Source: Candidatus Moraniibacteriota bacterium (GTDB taxonomy: Bacteria; Patescibacteriota; Minisyncoccia; Moranbacterales; UBA1568). From it: DNA of 64,000 nucleotides. Position numbers and translations under genes: made by a program. Each line of letters starts with the position of its first letter. Position 1 is the stretch's first letter. Positions 10,291-21,279 of the stretch are shown piece after piece. The notes beneath the pieces were generated by a model. That model was not told where the DNA came from. It saw only the letters and a list, made by a program, of their open reading frames with translations, and did no database searches. The stretch is taken from assembly GCA_037201605.1 (NCBI GenBank), contig JBBCGM010000001.1:67310-131309 (forward strand), given 5' to 3'.

Positions 10291-11340
10291 CTATTTGTCA
10301 GCAACAAGATCGTAAATAACGTTTTCGTCGTAATTAGGGTAATAGAGCATGAGTAAACGCTTGGCGTCTTCTCGTGTCATTTTATCGTCTCTCACTTCTT
10401 GAGCGAGACTCTTGGCTTCTTTCTCGAACTCCTTGTCAAGCTCATCATCATCGGACTTTCCTCGATTGGCGATGGTGCTGTAAGTGTTCTCGATATCCGC
10501 TTCTAAGGCTTTCAATTCAAGCTGAGACTTTCGCTTGGCGTCTGATACCAGAGACTTATTTTCTTTAGCAATCGCTGCCTCAAGCTGTTTGGTATTCATG
10601 GTTCCGCCCTTGCTTGTCTTGGTAGAAATGCCGAGTTCGCGGGCCGTAGCCTTCAACTCTTTGCTGTAAGCATCGTCAGCGGCCTTCTTAGCCTCTTCTT
10701 TCTCTTTCTTCTTTTGCTTCTCGTTGTATTTGTTGATTTTGGTCAGTGCGATTTCCGGCGTGTCGGTCAATGTAATGCCGGCGCCCGGAGCAGTTGCCAT
10801 GTAATCGAGCAGTCGTTCCCGCTCAGTAGTAGCCACCTGGTAGCGACGATCAGCTGCTTCTTTCTTGGAAAGATATGCATCCCGAAAAGTATCTGCTTTA
10901 GCGGCGAATCCTTGACGCTCAGCGCTGCGGAGACGAGCTTGGCTTGCTTGCTGGCCGGTGATGACTGGCATAGCTATCGTTTGGTCTTCCAGGAAGTTTT
11001 GTTGCTCAAGGCTCCCCTGATCGTAATTTCTGAGGAAAGCAATGGCATCCAGATATTCCTTCTGAGCCGAGTCCACGCCTTCAGAGGCATAGATTGAAGA
11101 CTGTAGTCCGTACGGATCGGACAGGTTGGGCGGAGCTGTCGGATTAGCGAGAGCGTTCTGCATGTTTCCAGCAGAATAAGGGTTCCCAGTCGAACGGAAA
11201 GCTGTGAGGATGGGCTGGAAGTCCTGCTCATCGACATTGACACCTTTTAACAAGCCTCCCTTTCCTTTGGCCCGTTCGGTCTCGATAAATTCAGGCGTGA
11301 CACCTTGACCGATTAAATCTGTTTCGTATTGTGTTGCCAT
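10291..11340 (-). CDS. phage virion protein
   Basis: 349 aa; tight packing inside the structural operon. Confidence 0.4.
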   Translation of the reverse strand: MATQYETDLIGQGVTPEFIETERAKGKGGLLKGVNVDEQDFQPILTAFRSTGNPYSAGNMQNALANPTAPPNLSDPYGLQSSIYASEGVDSAQKEYLDAIAFLRNYDQGSLEQQNFLEDQTIAMPVITGQQASQARLRSAERQGFAAKADTFRDAYLSKKEAADRRYQVATTERERLLDYMATAPGAGITLTDTPEIALTKINKYNEKQKKKEKEEAKKAADDAYSKELKATARELGISTKTSKGGTMNTKQLEAAIAKENKSLVSDAKRKSQLELKALEADIENTYSTIANRGKSDDDELDKEFEKEAKSLAQEVRDDKMTREDAKRLLMLYYPNYDENVIYDLVADK

Positions 11341-11343
11341 AAA

Positions 11344-11601
11344 TTATTTCTCCTTCTTTTTATTTTCCTCTTCCAGTATTGCTAAAACTCTCGTTGCAAT
11401 TTTTTGATACATTCTTTCCTTCTTCTCCGGATCAACTGGTTTAAGTATTGAAATGGGAGATTTTGGGAACGCGATAACATTCGCATTCTCCGAGTCGATA
11501 ACTTTCTCCAGACCATCCTCGCCCTTTACGACATAGTGAAGGTGGTTATTTTCGTCTATTCTCTCCTCAATCACTTTTAGGACTTCCTTTTCTTCTTGCA
11601 T
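11344..11601 (-). CDS. hypothetical phage protein
   Basis: 85-aa ORF 3 nt from its neighbours. Confidence 0.35.
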   Translation of the reverse strand: MQEEKEVLKVIEERIDENNHLHYVVKGEDGLEKVIDSENANVIAFPKSPISILKPVDPEKKERMYQKIATRVLAILEEENKKKEK

Positions 11602-11605
11602 ACTC

Positions 11606-12349
11606 TTAAATTCCTAGAATGGTACGGGAGATAACGAAAGCATTGATGACGGTTGTGCCGTTTCCGTCCTGGCTCTTGAATTGAAGCGTTAAAGTGTGGG
11701 ATCCAGCGCTCAAGAGAAATGGCTCTGTATGGGCAATAATCTGATCCGTCACTCCTACCGCATCAGGAAAAAAGTCATCATCAAGACGGATATACGGGAT
11801 ACCGGTGAAGGCTTGGTTGGTCAGTGAGCCGTTAACAGAGTCAAGGAGCTGGAAGTCGCTATGGTTAGAGCTAAATGAGCCTTCCGTTCCATCGGTATCA
11901 ACATAGTTGTCGTTCCACCCGCGGAGAAAGATGGAGATCAGCACTACAGTTGATCTTGTCAGCGTAAAAGGATTCATTGAGCCGCCCGGGACATTCACAT
12001 AGGAGCTACTCCCTGTTGTCTGAGTCGAAGTGGAGGCTATCGTGGACTGCGAGAAGTTATTCGAGCTGTTCAGGCCTGTGGAGTCTATGAGGATGTCCCC
12101 AGCTGCGTTCTTGATCGTCGCTCCTTGGATCTCGCCCGTTATGATGGCGGAACTAGCGCTCAAATTTCCTTCGTAATCAACTTTGAAAGGAGCATCAGTG
12201 AAATTATCAGCTCCAACGAATATCCCTTCGCTATTAGCCTTGAAGATATTCGCTCCGGCGCCTACCGACAGCTCGCGGAAGTTGACCCGTTGCGTACCGC
12301 TCGGAGCCACATTGTCTTTAGGGATGATGGGTTCGGCTTCAAATAACAT
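11606..12349 (-). CDS. phage structural protein
   Basis: Ser/Thr/Asn/Gly-rich 247-aa ORF. Confidence 0.4.
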   Translation of the reverse strand: MLFEAEPIIPKDNVAPSGTQRVNFRELSVGAGANIFKANSEGIFVGADNFTDAPFKVDYEGNLSASSAIITGEIQGATIKNAAGDILIDSTGLNSSNNFSQSTIASTSTQTTGSSSYVNVPGGSMNPFTLTRSTVVLISIFLRGWNDNYVDTDGTEGSFSSNHSDFQLLDSVNGSLTNQAFTGIPYIRLDDDFFPDAVGVTDQIIAHTEPFLLSAGSHTLTLQFKSQDGNGTTVINAFVISRTILGI

Positions 12350-12516
12350 CTGCGAGAGTAATACGAATTTCCTTGCCCTCCTCTATTTCTACACTCAGAA
12401 CTGTCTCGTCTTGCCTCAATCTTTCAATGTATTCCAAGCCAGCTCTTAGCTTTTCCTGATATTCTTCCTGATCGGGTTTGCCGCCAGGAATAAGATTCCA
12501 AATCACGTTTCGCATA

Positions 12517-13797
12517 TTATTCGGTCACGACGTTAATGCCTTGGATTACCGGGCTATTCGCGCCACTGGGAGTGATAGTGATGCGAGACTTCGAGTGGTT
12601 GATCTTACCCGCGTAGGAAACTCCCCTCTGGAGAATGTATCGGCTGTTCGTGGCGTCGTTGATGAATCCGCTTTCAAGAACGAAGCCGCTGTCATTGACG
12701 CTTGTCTCAAGAGAAAGCGTTCCGCCATTGAGCGACTCATACGGGACGATGACAGTCTTGACCGCTCCATCTGTCCGGGGCGTAGTAGCGGTTGCTGTAG
12801 AACGATTCGTTCCGATCTTATTGACATTCGAGCCGTTCGATACCAGAAGTTGCGTACCCGTGACGCCAATCGAGACAACGCTGCCCGTGGTCGTTGTGTA
12901 TTCATGCACCACGATGTCAATTTCTCCCTGGCGCTTGTAAACCGAGTAAATGTCAGTTCCGATAGCAAGCAATGGCTTTCCATTCAAGACGCCGCTCTTC
13001 TGATGTCCGTGACTGGTCGTGACGTTCCTGATCTGGTAGAAAAAGGGCATCCTGTTGCCCGTCCAGTAATAAATGTTTCCTTCCGTGCCGCACTGGGCAT
13101 AAGTGAAGGAATCGGCCTCAATAAAGCAGTTGACCCCGATTTCATAGATAGTGTCTTGTTCTGTCCAGGAGCTTGAAAATGTGTCCCAGAGAAAGGCCTC
13201 GCACTGCGAGACATTGGCTCCGATGACCGTACCGATTAAAAGCCAGTTCCGCTCGTTTTTCAAAGCCGTAACCGAATATTGGGCCGGGATATCTAGTGCA
13301 TTGGCACTGAATGTGAGTGACGCACTGACTGAGGCGACGTACTTCCCGTCTCCGATCTCCACCGTCAGGTTGACTTCGGCCATCGGATGATAGCTCGAGC
13401 CATTCGTGAAGGTAGCGAAGGAATCACTGAAAGTGTCGGTCGCCGCCACGAGATGCCCTAATTTCGTAGTAGTCGCGTAGAGAATCTTGTTTAGGGTCGG
13501 ACTGAAGAAGGCGTTGACGTGCGCCCCATTCGCATTCGTATTGACGAGAGAGTACGTTCCACCAGTCGTACGCTTCCAGGTCTTGCCCGTAGAGGTTGAG
13601 AAGAAATACACTGTCCCGTCGGCTGCCGTAGCTTGGACGCTAGGCTCATTAGGAGTACTGGAATCGACTGCAAGAGCAAGCTGCGCCTGCGAAGTTCCTA
13701 ATTGTGAATGAACATCCAGGTTCGAGGTAGTATCAAACCCGTTTTGATCGTACTGGCTTCTGCCCTCTCCGTGAAAAAAAGCGTTGTAGACTGGCAT
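12517..13797 (-). CDS. phage tail-associated structural protein (beta-rich)
   Basis: 426 aa, Thr/Ser/Gly/Asn-rich. Confidence 0.45.
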   Translation of the reverse strand: MPVYNAFFHGEGRSQYDQNGFDTTSNLDVHSQLGTSQAQLALAVDSSTPNEPSVQATAADGTVYFFSTSTGKTWKRTTGGTYSLVNTNANGAHVNAFFSPTLNKILYATTTKLGHLVAATDTFSDSFATFTNGSSYHPMAEVNLTVEIGDGKYVASVSASLTFSANALDIPAQYSVTALKNERNWLLIGTVIGANVSQCEAFLWDTFSSSWTEQDTIYEIGVNCFIEADSFTYAQCGTEGNIYYWTGNRMPFFYQIRNVTTSHGHQKSGVLNGKPLLAIGTDIYSVYKRQGEIDIVVHEYTTTTGSVVSIGVTGTQLLVSNGSNVNKIGTNRSTATATTPRTDGAVKTVIVPYESLNGGTLSLETSVNDSGFVLESGFINDATNSRYILQRGVSYAGKINHSKSRITITPSGANSPVIQGINVVTE

Positions 13798-13802
13798 GAT
13801 TT

Positions 13803-15041
13803 CTATATTCCATATTCAATCAACCCAGAAGGGCCACGTCCTACGCCGGTTCCCCAGTTCGATGAGTCATAACGCCGCCAGTAGACGATAGTAGACGTCC
13901 CCATATAACCCCAAGCAGCGACCGATGTAGCGTCTCCAGCCGAGCCGTTGAAGACTGATCCCGCTGGCGGAGTAAACGGAAGAACAAATCTGATTTCATT
14001 CCCAGGCCCCGCTGAAGTCGTTACGGTGAAGCTGAAGTCAACTTTGCATCGCTGGCCGGAAATAATGTACTGAGACAAGACGATAACGGGCGAGGCGACT
14101 GTCATTGAACCAGTTATCGTAAGAGCGAAGCTTAGAGGTCGCGTTTCAAAAATAGGGCGCTGGATAAGGTTCAGTGCAGTGTACGTTGGCACACTCCATG
14201 TGTAGCCTGCTCCAGCAGAAAGAGTCGCGGCGAATCGTCCGATGTTTTCTACTGCGTCAGTTGAAGCAGGCGCAGCTCCAACTTGAAGAAAGAACTTCTC
14301 ATTTGTTGAAGTAAGGGAGAAATCTGAAATCACATTTCCATACGGAATTCTTGACCAGCCAATTTCAAATCCAGCCCCACCAACAAGATTCGTGTTCCAG
14401 AGAAGATACACGAAGTAGTCAATTTCTTTGGTAGCTAGCTCAGTGGAGCCAGCGTTAAAGAAGTTGGTCCCATCCGCCACGGTGGTAGAGAGAGTGGCAC
14501 TGATGGTACGAATAGTGCCGTTATGATTAACGTAAATTGGGTCAGAAGCTGAAGGGTCAGTCCCAGCAAAGGTCTTGAGAGCAACGGTGATACCCGAACC
14601 TGTGTCGGTAACTGTGAATTTTCCATTGATAAGGAATCCACGCGGAGTATTGAAACTTATCGCTCCATTGGTGAAAATCGGGAGTGTGAGGATTTTATTC
14701 GTGAGTGTCTGGGAGTCGCTTGTCCCTACCACTGTGCCGCTAGGAGCTGTTTTAGCAGCCCAGGCTGTCAGATCTGAATCCAAGGGCTGGAATGCGGCCG
14801 CGGCGCCGGCCGGCGTTACTGCTCGCGTCGTATCCGTGCCCGTGATAGTTTCGCCACTCGTAGCAAGCTCCACTTTCCCTTTCACCGAAGTAGAAGCGTC
14901 TGGAACGAGATTGGCGTAGGTAATCTTTTTTGAGCTCCCCTCAGGAGAGTCGGTAGAATCAGAAACATCAACAACGTGAAGAAGGTCGCCATCGGCGGGC
15001 TGTGCTGCTAGGGAATTTCGTGCGGTAAGCTTCTGAGGCAT
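13803..15041 (-). CDS. phage structural protein
   Basis: 412 aa; composition and position. Confidence 0.45.
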   Translation of the reverse strand: MPQKLTARNSLAAQPADGDLLHVVDVSDSTDSPEGSSKKITYANLVPDASTSVKGKVELATSGETITGTDTTRAVTPAGAAAAFQPLDSDLTAWAAKTAPSGTVVGTSDSQTLTNKILTLPIFTNGAISFNTPRGFLINGKFTVTDTGSGITVALKTFAGTDPSASDPIYVNHNGTIRTISATLSTTVADGTNFFNAGSTELATKEIDYFVYLLWNTNLVGGAGFEIGWSRIPYGNVISDFSLTSTNEKFFLQVGAAPASTDAVENIGRFAATLSAGAGYTWSVPTYTALNLIQRPIFETRPLSFALTITGSMTVASPVIVLSQYIISGQRCKVDFSFTVTTSAGPGNEIRFVLPFTPPAGSVFNGSAGDATSVAAWGYMGTSTIVYWRRYDSSNWGTGVGRGPSGLIEYGI

Positions 15042-15043
15042 AT

Positions 15044-15262
15044 TTAGGAGGGTTTCGCTATGGTGGTATACGTCGGGGTTGATGGTTTCGAGAGGGCAGT
15101 GAAAATCGCGTCAATGGGAGCGCTAAACATTTTCTGTATCCCATCCTGGAAGAGATACTCTTGCCCGTCCTGGAAGAGAAATTCCGTCATGTTTTCCAGC
15201 TTAGAAACCCTGGTATACGTCGGGGTTGATGGTTTCCCTATGGTGGTGTAGGAAATGGGCAT
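15044..15262 (-). CDS. small ORF with KPSTPTYT motif at both ends, flanked by a 25-bp direct repeat
   Basis: ggtatacgtcggggttgatggtttc at 15063-15087 and 15213-15237. Confidence 0.3.
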   Translation of the reverse strand: MPISYTTIGKPSTPTYTRVSKLENMTEFLFQDGQEYLFQDGIQKMFSAPIDAIFTALSKPSTPTYTTIAKPS

Positions 15263-15972
15263 TAGCTGTAATTGGGATAGTTAGGCACTATGTAGGAATT
15301 GCGCTTGAACTGGTTCTTGTAATGCTCATCAAAACGGTCTTCCCATTCAGTCCGATTGCCGAGAATACGATTTAAGTGTGTGGTATCAACAATGGAGGGG
15401 TTTGCAACTGCGAACATGACCGCCATATCGAAAGCGAGGAGTGTGTGGAGGTTCGTTTCAATATCAGGCGTTCCATTTTCATCGAGTTCCGCCTGTCGCA
15501 TCTCATACCAGATGTGAATACCAGCTGAGATATTCCCCGCGGTGGTCTTGAGTGGCCGAATGAAGAAGGAATTTCGCTCAAAACGCACAAAAGGCGCCGC
15601 TTCTGAGAATTGCGCCTGGATACCGCCCTCCTCATGCTCGGAAAGCGGATTTTCGTAGATGTCGTAGAAATTCACTGGCCGCCAGGTCAGCCCGTCGTAA
15701 GAAACCTCTATGCGAAGAGGACGGATGAGGTCGGTAGGGAATGGATACTCTCCATTGAAACCGATCTGTGGAGAAACAAGCCCTACAGACGAGAGAAGAG
15801 GGGTTGTAACCTCAGTTTCACTAGCATTCCGGTCTACCGCGATCTTCAGGATGTCGAGGATACGGCCCGAATAACATACATTGAAGTCAATCAAAGCGTC
15901 GGCGTCCGAATACGTAACGCTGTTGGTTTGAGCTAACCTGCGAGCAAGAGTGCGGATGGCTGAGACGAGCAT
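15262..15972 (-). CDS. phage virion protein
   Basis: 236 aa; start overlaps the upstream stop. Confidence 0.4.
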   Translation of the reverse strand: MLVSAIRTLARRLAQTNSVTYSDADALIDFNVCYSGRILDILKIAVDRNASETEVTTPLLSSVGLVSPQIGFNGEYPFPTDLIRPLRIEVSYDGLTWRPVNFYDIYENPLSEHEEGGIQAQFSEAAPFVRFERNSFFIRPLKTTAGNISAGIHIWYEMRQAELDENGTPDIETNLHTLLAFDMAVMFAVANPSIVDTTHLNRILGNRTEWEDRFDEHYKNQFKRNSYIVPNYPNYS

Positions 15973-15975
15973 GGC

Positions 15976-16254
15976 CTAGGTGTTGTAGACGACAGTTATC
16001 TTTGAGGCGCCAGCCGTTATGATGCGAAGGCCTTTGGCAAATTTGACGTTGAAAAGGTACGTACCTTCCACGATGCTTGCCTTGAGAGTGCCGATGTTGA
16101 CCGTTGAGCCGCTAATTTCGTCGATGATACTGATCGCGCCGGCCGCGGTCTCTCCAACGACAATGCTCACGAGGTTCCCTGCACCAGTCGCTACCTGCGT
16201 GGTGGTCGCGGTAGAGATATAGGCACACTTGTTGTCGCCTTTGAGTTGTGGCAT
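15976..16254 (-). CDS. small virion protein (head-tail connector-type position)
   Basis: 92 aa, Ala/Gly/Thr-rich. Confidence 0.4.
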   Translation of the reverse strand: MPQLKGDNKCAYISTATTTQVATGAGNLVSIVVGETAAGAISIIDEISGSTVNIGTLKASIVEGTYLFNVKFAKGLRIITAGASKITVVYNT

Positions 16255-16309
16255 AGAGTTTAGGATTTAAGAGCTTATCCCAGCCCCCGTAAAGGGGCTA
16301 AGGAAGCTA

Positions 16310-16783
16310 TTAAGAAGCCGTGGTGATGGTTGCGCCTGCGTCCGCATCAGTGAACGCTGTGACGTACCAGTTTGTGCCGTCACAGAAGAAGTCTGCACGG
16401 TCACCTTTGACAGCAGCGCCATCGGCGAAGCTGAAAGTGTCACCGCCGGAAGCCTCTGAGTCAGCGTTTCCACCCGTTGAAGAGTGGATAGTGCCAATCA
16501 TGTTGTTGGCAGATCCTGCCGTTACGATGGTGTACGAAGCTCCTGAAGGAGCGGCACCCACGTAGAAGCGGAAGTTGAGACCAGCAGCCAGAGCAGGAAG
16601 AGTCGTGACAAACTCCGTCGAAGCGGAGAGAACGTACGTCTTGCCTGAGTCAGCAGCGGTCAGGGTCGTGGTTGCAATCGCCGTAGCCATCGAATTGGCA
16701 GCAGTCCGGACAACCGGTACGCCTGCAATCGAGAAGCCAACGCCTGCATCAACCGTTCCCTTGAAGTGAGTTGTTCCTGGCAT
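16310..16783 (-). CDS. phage virion protein immediately after the major capsid gene
   Basis: 157 aa, Ala/Gly/Thr-rich. Confidence 0.45.
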   Translation of the reverse strand: MPGTTHFKGTVDAGVGFSIAGVPVVRTAANSMATAIATTTLTAADSGKTYVLSASTEFVTTLPALAAGLNFRFYVGAAPSGASYTIVTAGSANNMIGTIHSSTGGNADSEASGGDTFSFADGAAVKGDRADFFCDGTNWYVTAFTDADAGATITTAS

Positions 16784-16874
16784 AGTTTTGAGTGAGAGGG
16801 GCGAGTCTGTAGCCCCTGCGGGTTCCTCCGGTTCTCAGGCCGGGTCAATCTCGCCCCACTAAGTTAGAGATCGA

Positions 16875-17807
16875 TTAGGAAACCGATCCGTCCGAGCCGA
16901 CGATACCTTCGTAGCTCATAGCACCAACGACTTCGCGGAAACGACCCTTGTACTTGTACACGTCGTTGTCCGAGAACTGGAAGTCAACAAGGTTCGTGTT
17001 CATGCTTTCGCGCACCCAGCGAGTAACTGAGTGGTTGTCAGAGAGCAGGAACCAAGCGGTGTCAGAACCACCAGCAGCTGCACCAAGGTAAGGCGAGGTG
17101 TAGATGGTAATTCCGTACTTAGCTGAGTAGACGTTGAGGTCATTGTCAGCGGTACCGGAACGCAGTTCTGATTCACAGATTTCCGTCGCGGTCTTGTAAA
17201 GCTTCATAGGAACAACGAGAACTGCGGGCATGTGTCCGTCGATCTCAGCGTCCTGAGCTAATTGCTCACCGAGCATCACGATCGCATCGTTAAGAGACGA
17301 TTCGGAGAGGGCTGCGGTCAGCTTGTTGTCCACGGTGTTTCCAGAGATCGAAAGGTGCGAGTCGCTGATCAAAGCCACGCTATCGGCTGTCAGAGCAGTC
17401 GTGAAGGCGTTGCGGAAGATAGCGAAAGCGTTCTTGTCGCGAGTCGTGCGAGCACGTCGGGCGAAGTTCTTCACCATTTTCTCGTAGGAACCGTGTTTGT
17501 TGTCATCGAAGAATTCCTTTGGAATATCGATCTTTTTGGCGAACTTCACGACCGAGAAAGTCTTCTGGTTCGTGATTCGAGGCTGTCCCTCGGGCAGGTT
17601 CTCCTCTTCTGCCGTTTGTTCCCAAGCGCCTGAGCCGCCGAAGAGCTCCATGATGACAGCTGAAGAGTCAGCGGTGTCCTGATTGAACACAGCGCCAGTC
17701 TCAGCGGTCGCCAGGTGAGGCTGCTTCTTGGCGTCTGTTTCCTGGTAGAAAACATCATCCAAAGCGGTCTTGACGACGTTGGGGTTTAATGCTGAATTAA
17801 AGCTCAT
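16875..17807 (-). CDS. major capsid protein
   Basis: 310 aa; directly downstream of the scaffold gene; composition and size typical of HK97-fold coat proteins. Confidence 0.65.
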   Translation of the reverse strand: MSFNSALNPNVVKTALDDVFYQETDAKKQPHLATAETGAVFNQDTADSSAVIMELFGGSGAWEQTAEEENLPEGQPRITNQKTFSVVKFAKKIDIPKEFFDDNKHGSYEKMVKNFARRARTTRDKNAFAIFRNAFTTALTADSVALISDSHLSISGNTVDNKLTAALSESSLNDAIVMLGEQLAQDAEIDGHMPAVLVVPMKLYKTATEICESELRSGTADNDLNVYSAKYGITIYTSPYLGAAAGGSDTAWFLLSDNHSVTRWVRESMNTNLVDFQFSDNDVYKYKGRFREVVGAMSYEGIVGSDGSVS

Positions 17808-17834
17808 ACTTTTCTTTTAGAGTGATACTGATAC

Positions 17835-18336
17835 TTAAGCGATTGCGCCTTCAGCAGCCGCGGGGCGGATTTTGAAGTACACTTCTTGCGTAAGGTGGTT
17901 GCCACCGACAATCTGAACGCCTTTCGTTCCACCATCGCCAGCTGCAGCGTCTACGGTGTACTGAGTCGACGTAAGGTCGAGTACAACGTTGTCGCCACAA
18001 AGAGCGTTGAGTTCCGCGAGCGTATCGACGCCTGAAGCAGTCTTTGCCTTCGCCTTCCAGATCACGCCAGGCAGGTTAGTCGGGGTAGACCATGATGAAG
18101 CCGTCAACTGAAGCAGTGTGTGTCGAGTCGGTTGCAGCGATACCTAAGACCTGAGTCGTGGTACCGATAACCGGTTCGCCATCAGCAAGCGGGATCGCGT
18201 ACGGAGAACCAGCAGCTTTGAGCTTGACGGGTTCGCCGGCGAGGATAGCCGTTGCGTTTGCTTCGGTTTGCCACTTCTCGGTCGGAAGGTTGAGATAACC
18301 AGCCGCCTTGTGGACTTTGATGTTTCCTTTAGCCAT
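17835..18336 (-). CDS. small Ala/Gly-rich head-associated protein (decoration candidate); two overlapping ORFs in different frames
   Basis: 17835..18107 and 18076..18336 overlap by 32 nt in different frames. Confidence 0.3.
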
Positions 18337-18382
18337 ATTTGTAGTTATGCATTCCCCGATTCAACGGGAACTGCGGGATAAT

Positions 18383-19051
18383 TTAAGAGTTCTGAACGTC
18401 CTTTTCGGAAAGACCACGTCGCTTCAAGAGAGCCCGATCAGCATCCGAGAGATTCAAGTCTGAACTCTTGATACCGGCGACCTTCTTGGTAGGCGGCTTG
18501 ACCTTTTTGCCGTCTTCTTCCTTTTCTTCTTTCTCTTCGTAAAGCGCTTTAGCTTCGGCCTTGAGGAAGGTGAAATCATCGTCCTCGTAGACCTCGAAAG
18601 GATCCCGTTTCATAGCCTTGGCTATTTTCTGGACCTTCGGCCAAATCTCTTTTGCCTCTGGATTGTTCTGGAAGTAGAGAGTTTCTACGACTTTCGGTGT
18701 GTAACCCTCAGTCCTTTCCTTTCCTTCTTCCTTCTCTTTCTCCTTTGGCTCCTCTTTCTTCTTACGTCCCTGAGCAGCAAAGAACTTTTGTAAGCCCTTT
18801 TCTATACGCTCAAAGCGTTTCTCGACATCATCGCCTTCGATTTTTTCTTCAAACAACGATTCGAGACTTTCGTCCGAAGAGTTGTCATTCTCGTTTCCTT
18901 TCTCAGGGGTAGGAGCCTTGTCTTTATCGGCTGCATCCTGATCTTGGTGTAAGTCGTCTGACATACTTTTTGATAAGGTAGTTACGGCTTTCCGTAGAAC
19001 GAAAAACCCCACTCCGTTGAGGAATGGGGTCTTGTCCGAATGCTTCAACAA
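18383..19051 (-). CDS. scaffolding protein
   Basis: highly acidic, Lys/Glu-rich helical protein between portal and capsid genes; real start probably the Met at about 18964. Confidence 0.5.
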   Translation of the reverse strand: MLKHSDKTPFLNGVGFFVLRKAVTTLSKSMSDDLHQDQDAADKDKAPTPEKGNENDNSSDESLESLFEEKIEGDDVEKRFERIEKGLQKFFAAQGRKKKEEPKEKEKEEGKERTEGYTPKVVETLYFQNNPEAKEIWPKVQKIAKAMKRDPFEVYEDDDFTFLKAEAKALYEEKEEKEEDGKKVKPPTKKVAGIKSSDLNLSDADRALLKRRGLSEKDVQNS

Positions 19052-19119
19052 CCACGAAAAAGCGTTCAGAGCAAGGCCTTATCCCTCAACTCGATTGCGT
19101 GGTTGTTTGAATTGTGAAT

Positions 19120-19395
19120 CTACTTCCGAAGCGGCCCAATTAACGTCTGTATGCTCACTACATTGAGCTGTGCGAGCCTCAGGGCGTTCGCCATGGCCGC
19201 ATTGTCATCGGACTGGACGTCGAAGACGCTTGCTTTGATTTCTTCAAGTTTCTTCTCGAAGATCTCTTGGATTACGTACTTCTGAAAGCGCGGGCTATTC
19301 ACCAACGAATCGATGTAGCGGTCGCGGGCATTCGCCTCACGCTGCGCCTTTTCTTCCTTTTTTACGAGGCTATCATCCTGTCGAACGACTCTCAT
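19120..19395 (-). CDS. hypothetical phage protein
   Basis: 91-aa ORF between portal and scaffold. Confidence 0.35.
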   Translation of the reverse strand: MRVVRQDDSLVKKEEKAQREANARDRYIDSLVNSPRFQKYVIQEIFEKKLEEIKASVFDVQSDDNAAMANALRLAQLNVVSIQTLIGPLRK

Positions 19396-19397
19396 AC

Positions 19398-21279
19398 TTA
19401 GGCTTGGTTAGCGAGTCCGAAATCCTGTCCCATTTGCACGTTATCGATCGGCGCGGCATTGGGCATGACGCCCTGGTCTACCATTGCCCTGGCCCGGAGG
19501 TTCTCGATCTCGCGAGCCGCCTCTTCAGGTGATTTCTTGAAGAGCTTCGGATTCTCGTTTAAGAGGTCGAAAATGGCGTCGTCCACCTTCTCGTGCGATC
19601 CGGTGAAGGTCTCGCTCGACTTGAGCGCAATGAGGTTCTTAATCTTGACGTTGGCGTCGAATGATTCGTTATTGACGTAGAACTCAAGGTAGGTCGAAAT
19701 CTTGCTAATGAGCTTCTTCTTCAGTTCGGCAAAGCGGGTGTCGCCTAGCTTGTTCTGTTCAGACATCAAGCGCTGGCGCTCAGCTTCGAACTCCTCTTCA
19801 GAGGGGTAACGTCCGAATTGCGCCTTGTATTTCTCCGCGTCTTGGTTGAGCTGCTCGGTAATGAACATTTCGTCCAGCTCATTTAGCTCGGCCGGGTCGC
19901 CTACGATCTCGATAAGCTCCTGTTGGGTCAGCTCATCGATAATGACGGGCATGTAGAAGTCCTCGAAGAACTCCTTGAGAAAGATACCGATCTTCTCTAC
20001 TGCGTAGTCGTAGGTCGTCTGCTGCGCCTGGCGGTTGATGACGGCGTTCGTGGCAGGCATACTAGCCGGCTCTTCTTCGCCGATACCCTGGGAGGTGATA
20101 CCAGTGAGCTGCTTGGCGAGTTCAAAGAGCTTGTCGATGTTCGCAATGAGTTCGCCCGTCTTGGTGTCGATAACAAGGCGTTCGAGTTCCTCGTCCGTCT
20201 CAAGCTCGACGACCGTTCCGGACTGAATGTTTTGAAGCAACTGCTGGGTGACTGAGGCGTTCTTGCGCCCTCTCTTGTGTTTGAAAATACCCATCAAGTC
20301 CAGGATGTCCTTCTTGTCGTGAAGATTCATCTTGCGATTGTAGGCCTCTTGGATGCCCGAGATCAGCTCAAAGATCGAGAAGCCGATACGCCGCTTAGGA
20401 ACATCGATAAAGGTAAGGGGCTTGTAGGGATAGAGTTCCTCCCATTTGCCAAGCTTTTTCGCCAGTCTCTTGGACTTGCGGAGGCGCTTGTGTGTGGTCT
20501 TGTATTTGTCGAGCAGGAGGTACGGCTCCCATTCGGTCGGCTGAGGAGTGCGCTTGCGGTCTTGCGGCTCAGTGAGCGAATTGTCGAGGAAGAGCTTGCA
20601 GCCTTTGTGGTAGTCAGGCTTATCCTCAGTGCCGAAGTCGAAGAGATTCCAGAACTCATAAACTACGAAATCCTTCTCGCCTTTCTCACGCATGACCTGC
20701 CAGATATCTTGTACCTTGGCCCAGATCTCCTCACCCCACTCGGAGCGACGGCTTTGCATTTCCTCGTAGGAGTACAGAAGCTTTTCAGCGCATCCGGTCT
20801 TCTGAATGTCTGGCTCGTATTCTGGAGCAACGAGGTTGAGGTTGGAAACGATCTCAGGATGATCATCAACCATCTTCACGTAGGTCGTGCCGTCTTTGGC
20901 GAAGAAGGCTAGATCGTTAACGAAGGTTGCAAATCCAGTGCGCTTCAAATGCGCCCGGACGGCCATCTTGAGAACCTGCACGATAGGCAGATACTTGCCG
21001 TTCTCGCTCTTCATCAGGAGATGCTTCGAGTCGACGGCGTTGACAAGGTACTGGTAGAGGGTTCGGAACAACACGAAACCGATGTTGTAGAAAACCTTCT
21101 TGAACGTCCCGTCCATGGGCTGCAAAGCGGCCGTGATAGAGGCGTTCGTTGTCTTCGATTACTTTCCGGAGAGAATAGGAAATCTTTGAGGTGATCTGGA
21201 GTTCCCCGGTATCGTAATCCTGCAGAAATTGCTCGAGATCGCTTAGGTCGCGAGTCTCATCCTTTTTGTTTTCTTTCAT
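19398..21279 (-). CDS. portal protein candidate (N-terminal part in a second frame)
   Basis: 575-aa acidic ORF directly downstream of the terminase gene; upstream 120-aa ORF 20917..21279 overlaps its start in another frame. Confidence 0.5.

Noticed and set aside
3125-20912. Plus-strand ORFs inside the minus-strand structural operon (e.g. 3125..3517, 8261..8683, 12478..13176, 19923..20255, 20277..20912)
   Set aside because: They are antisense to long, tightly packed coding genes, have low-complexity Arg/Ser/Leu-rich translations and no start context. Treated as spurious.
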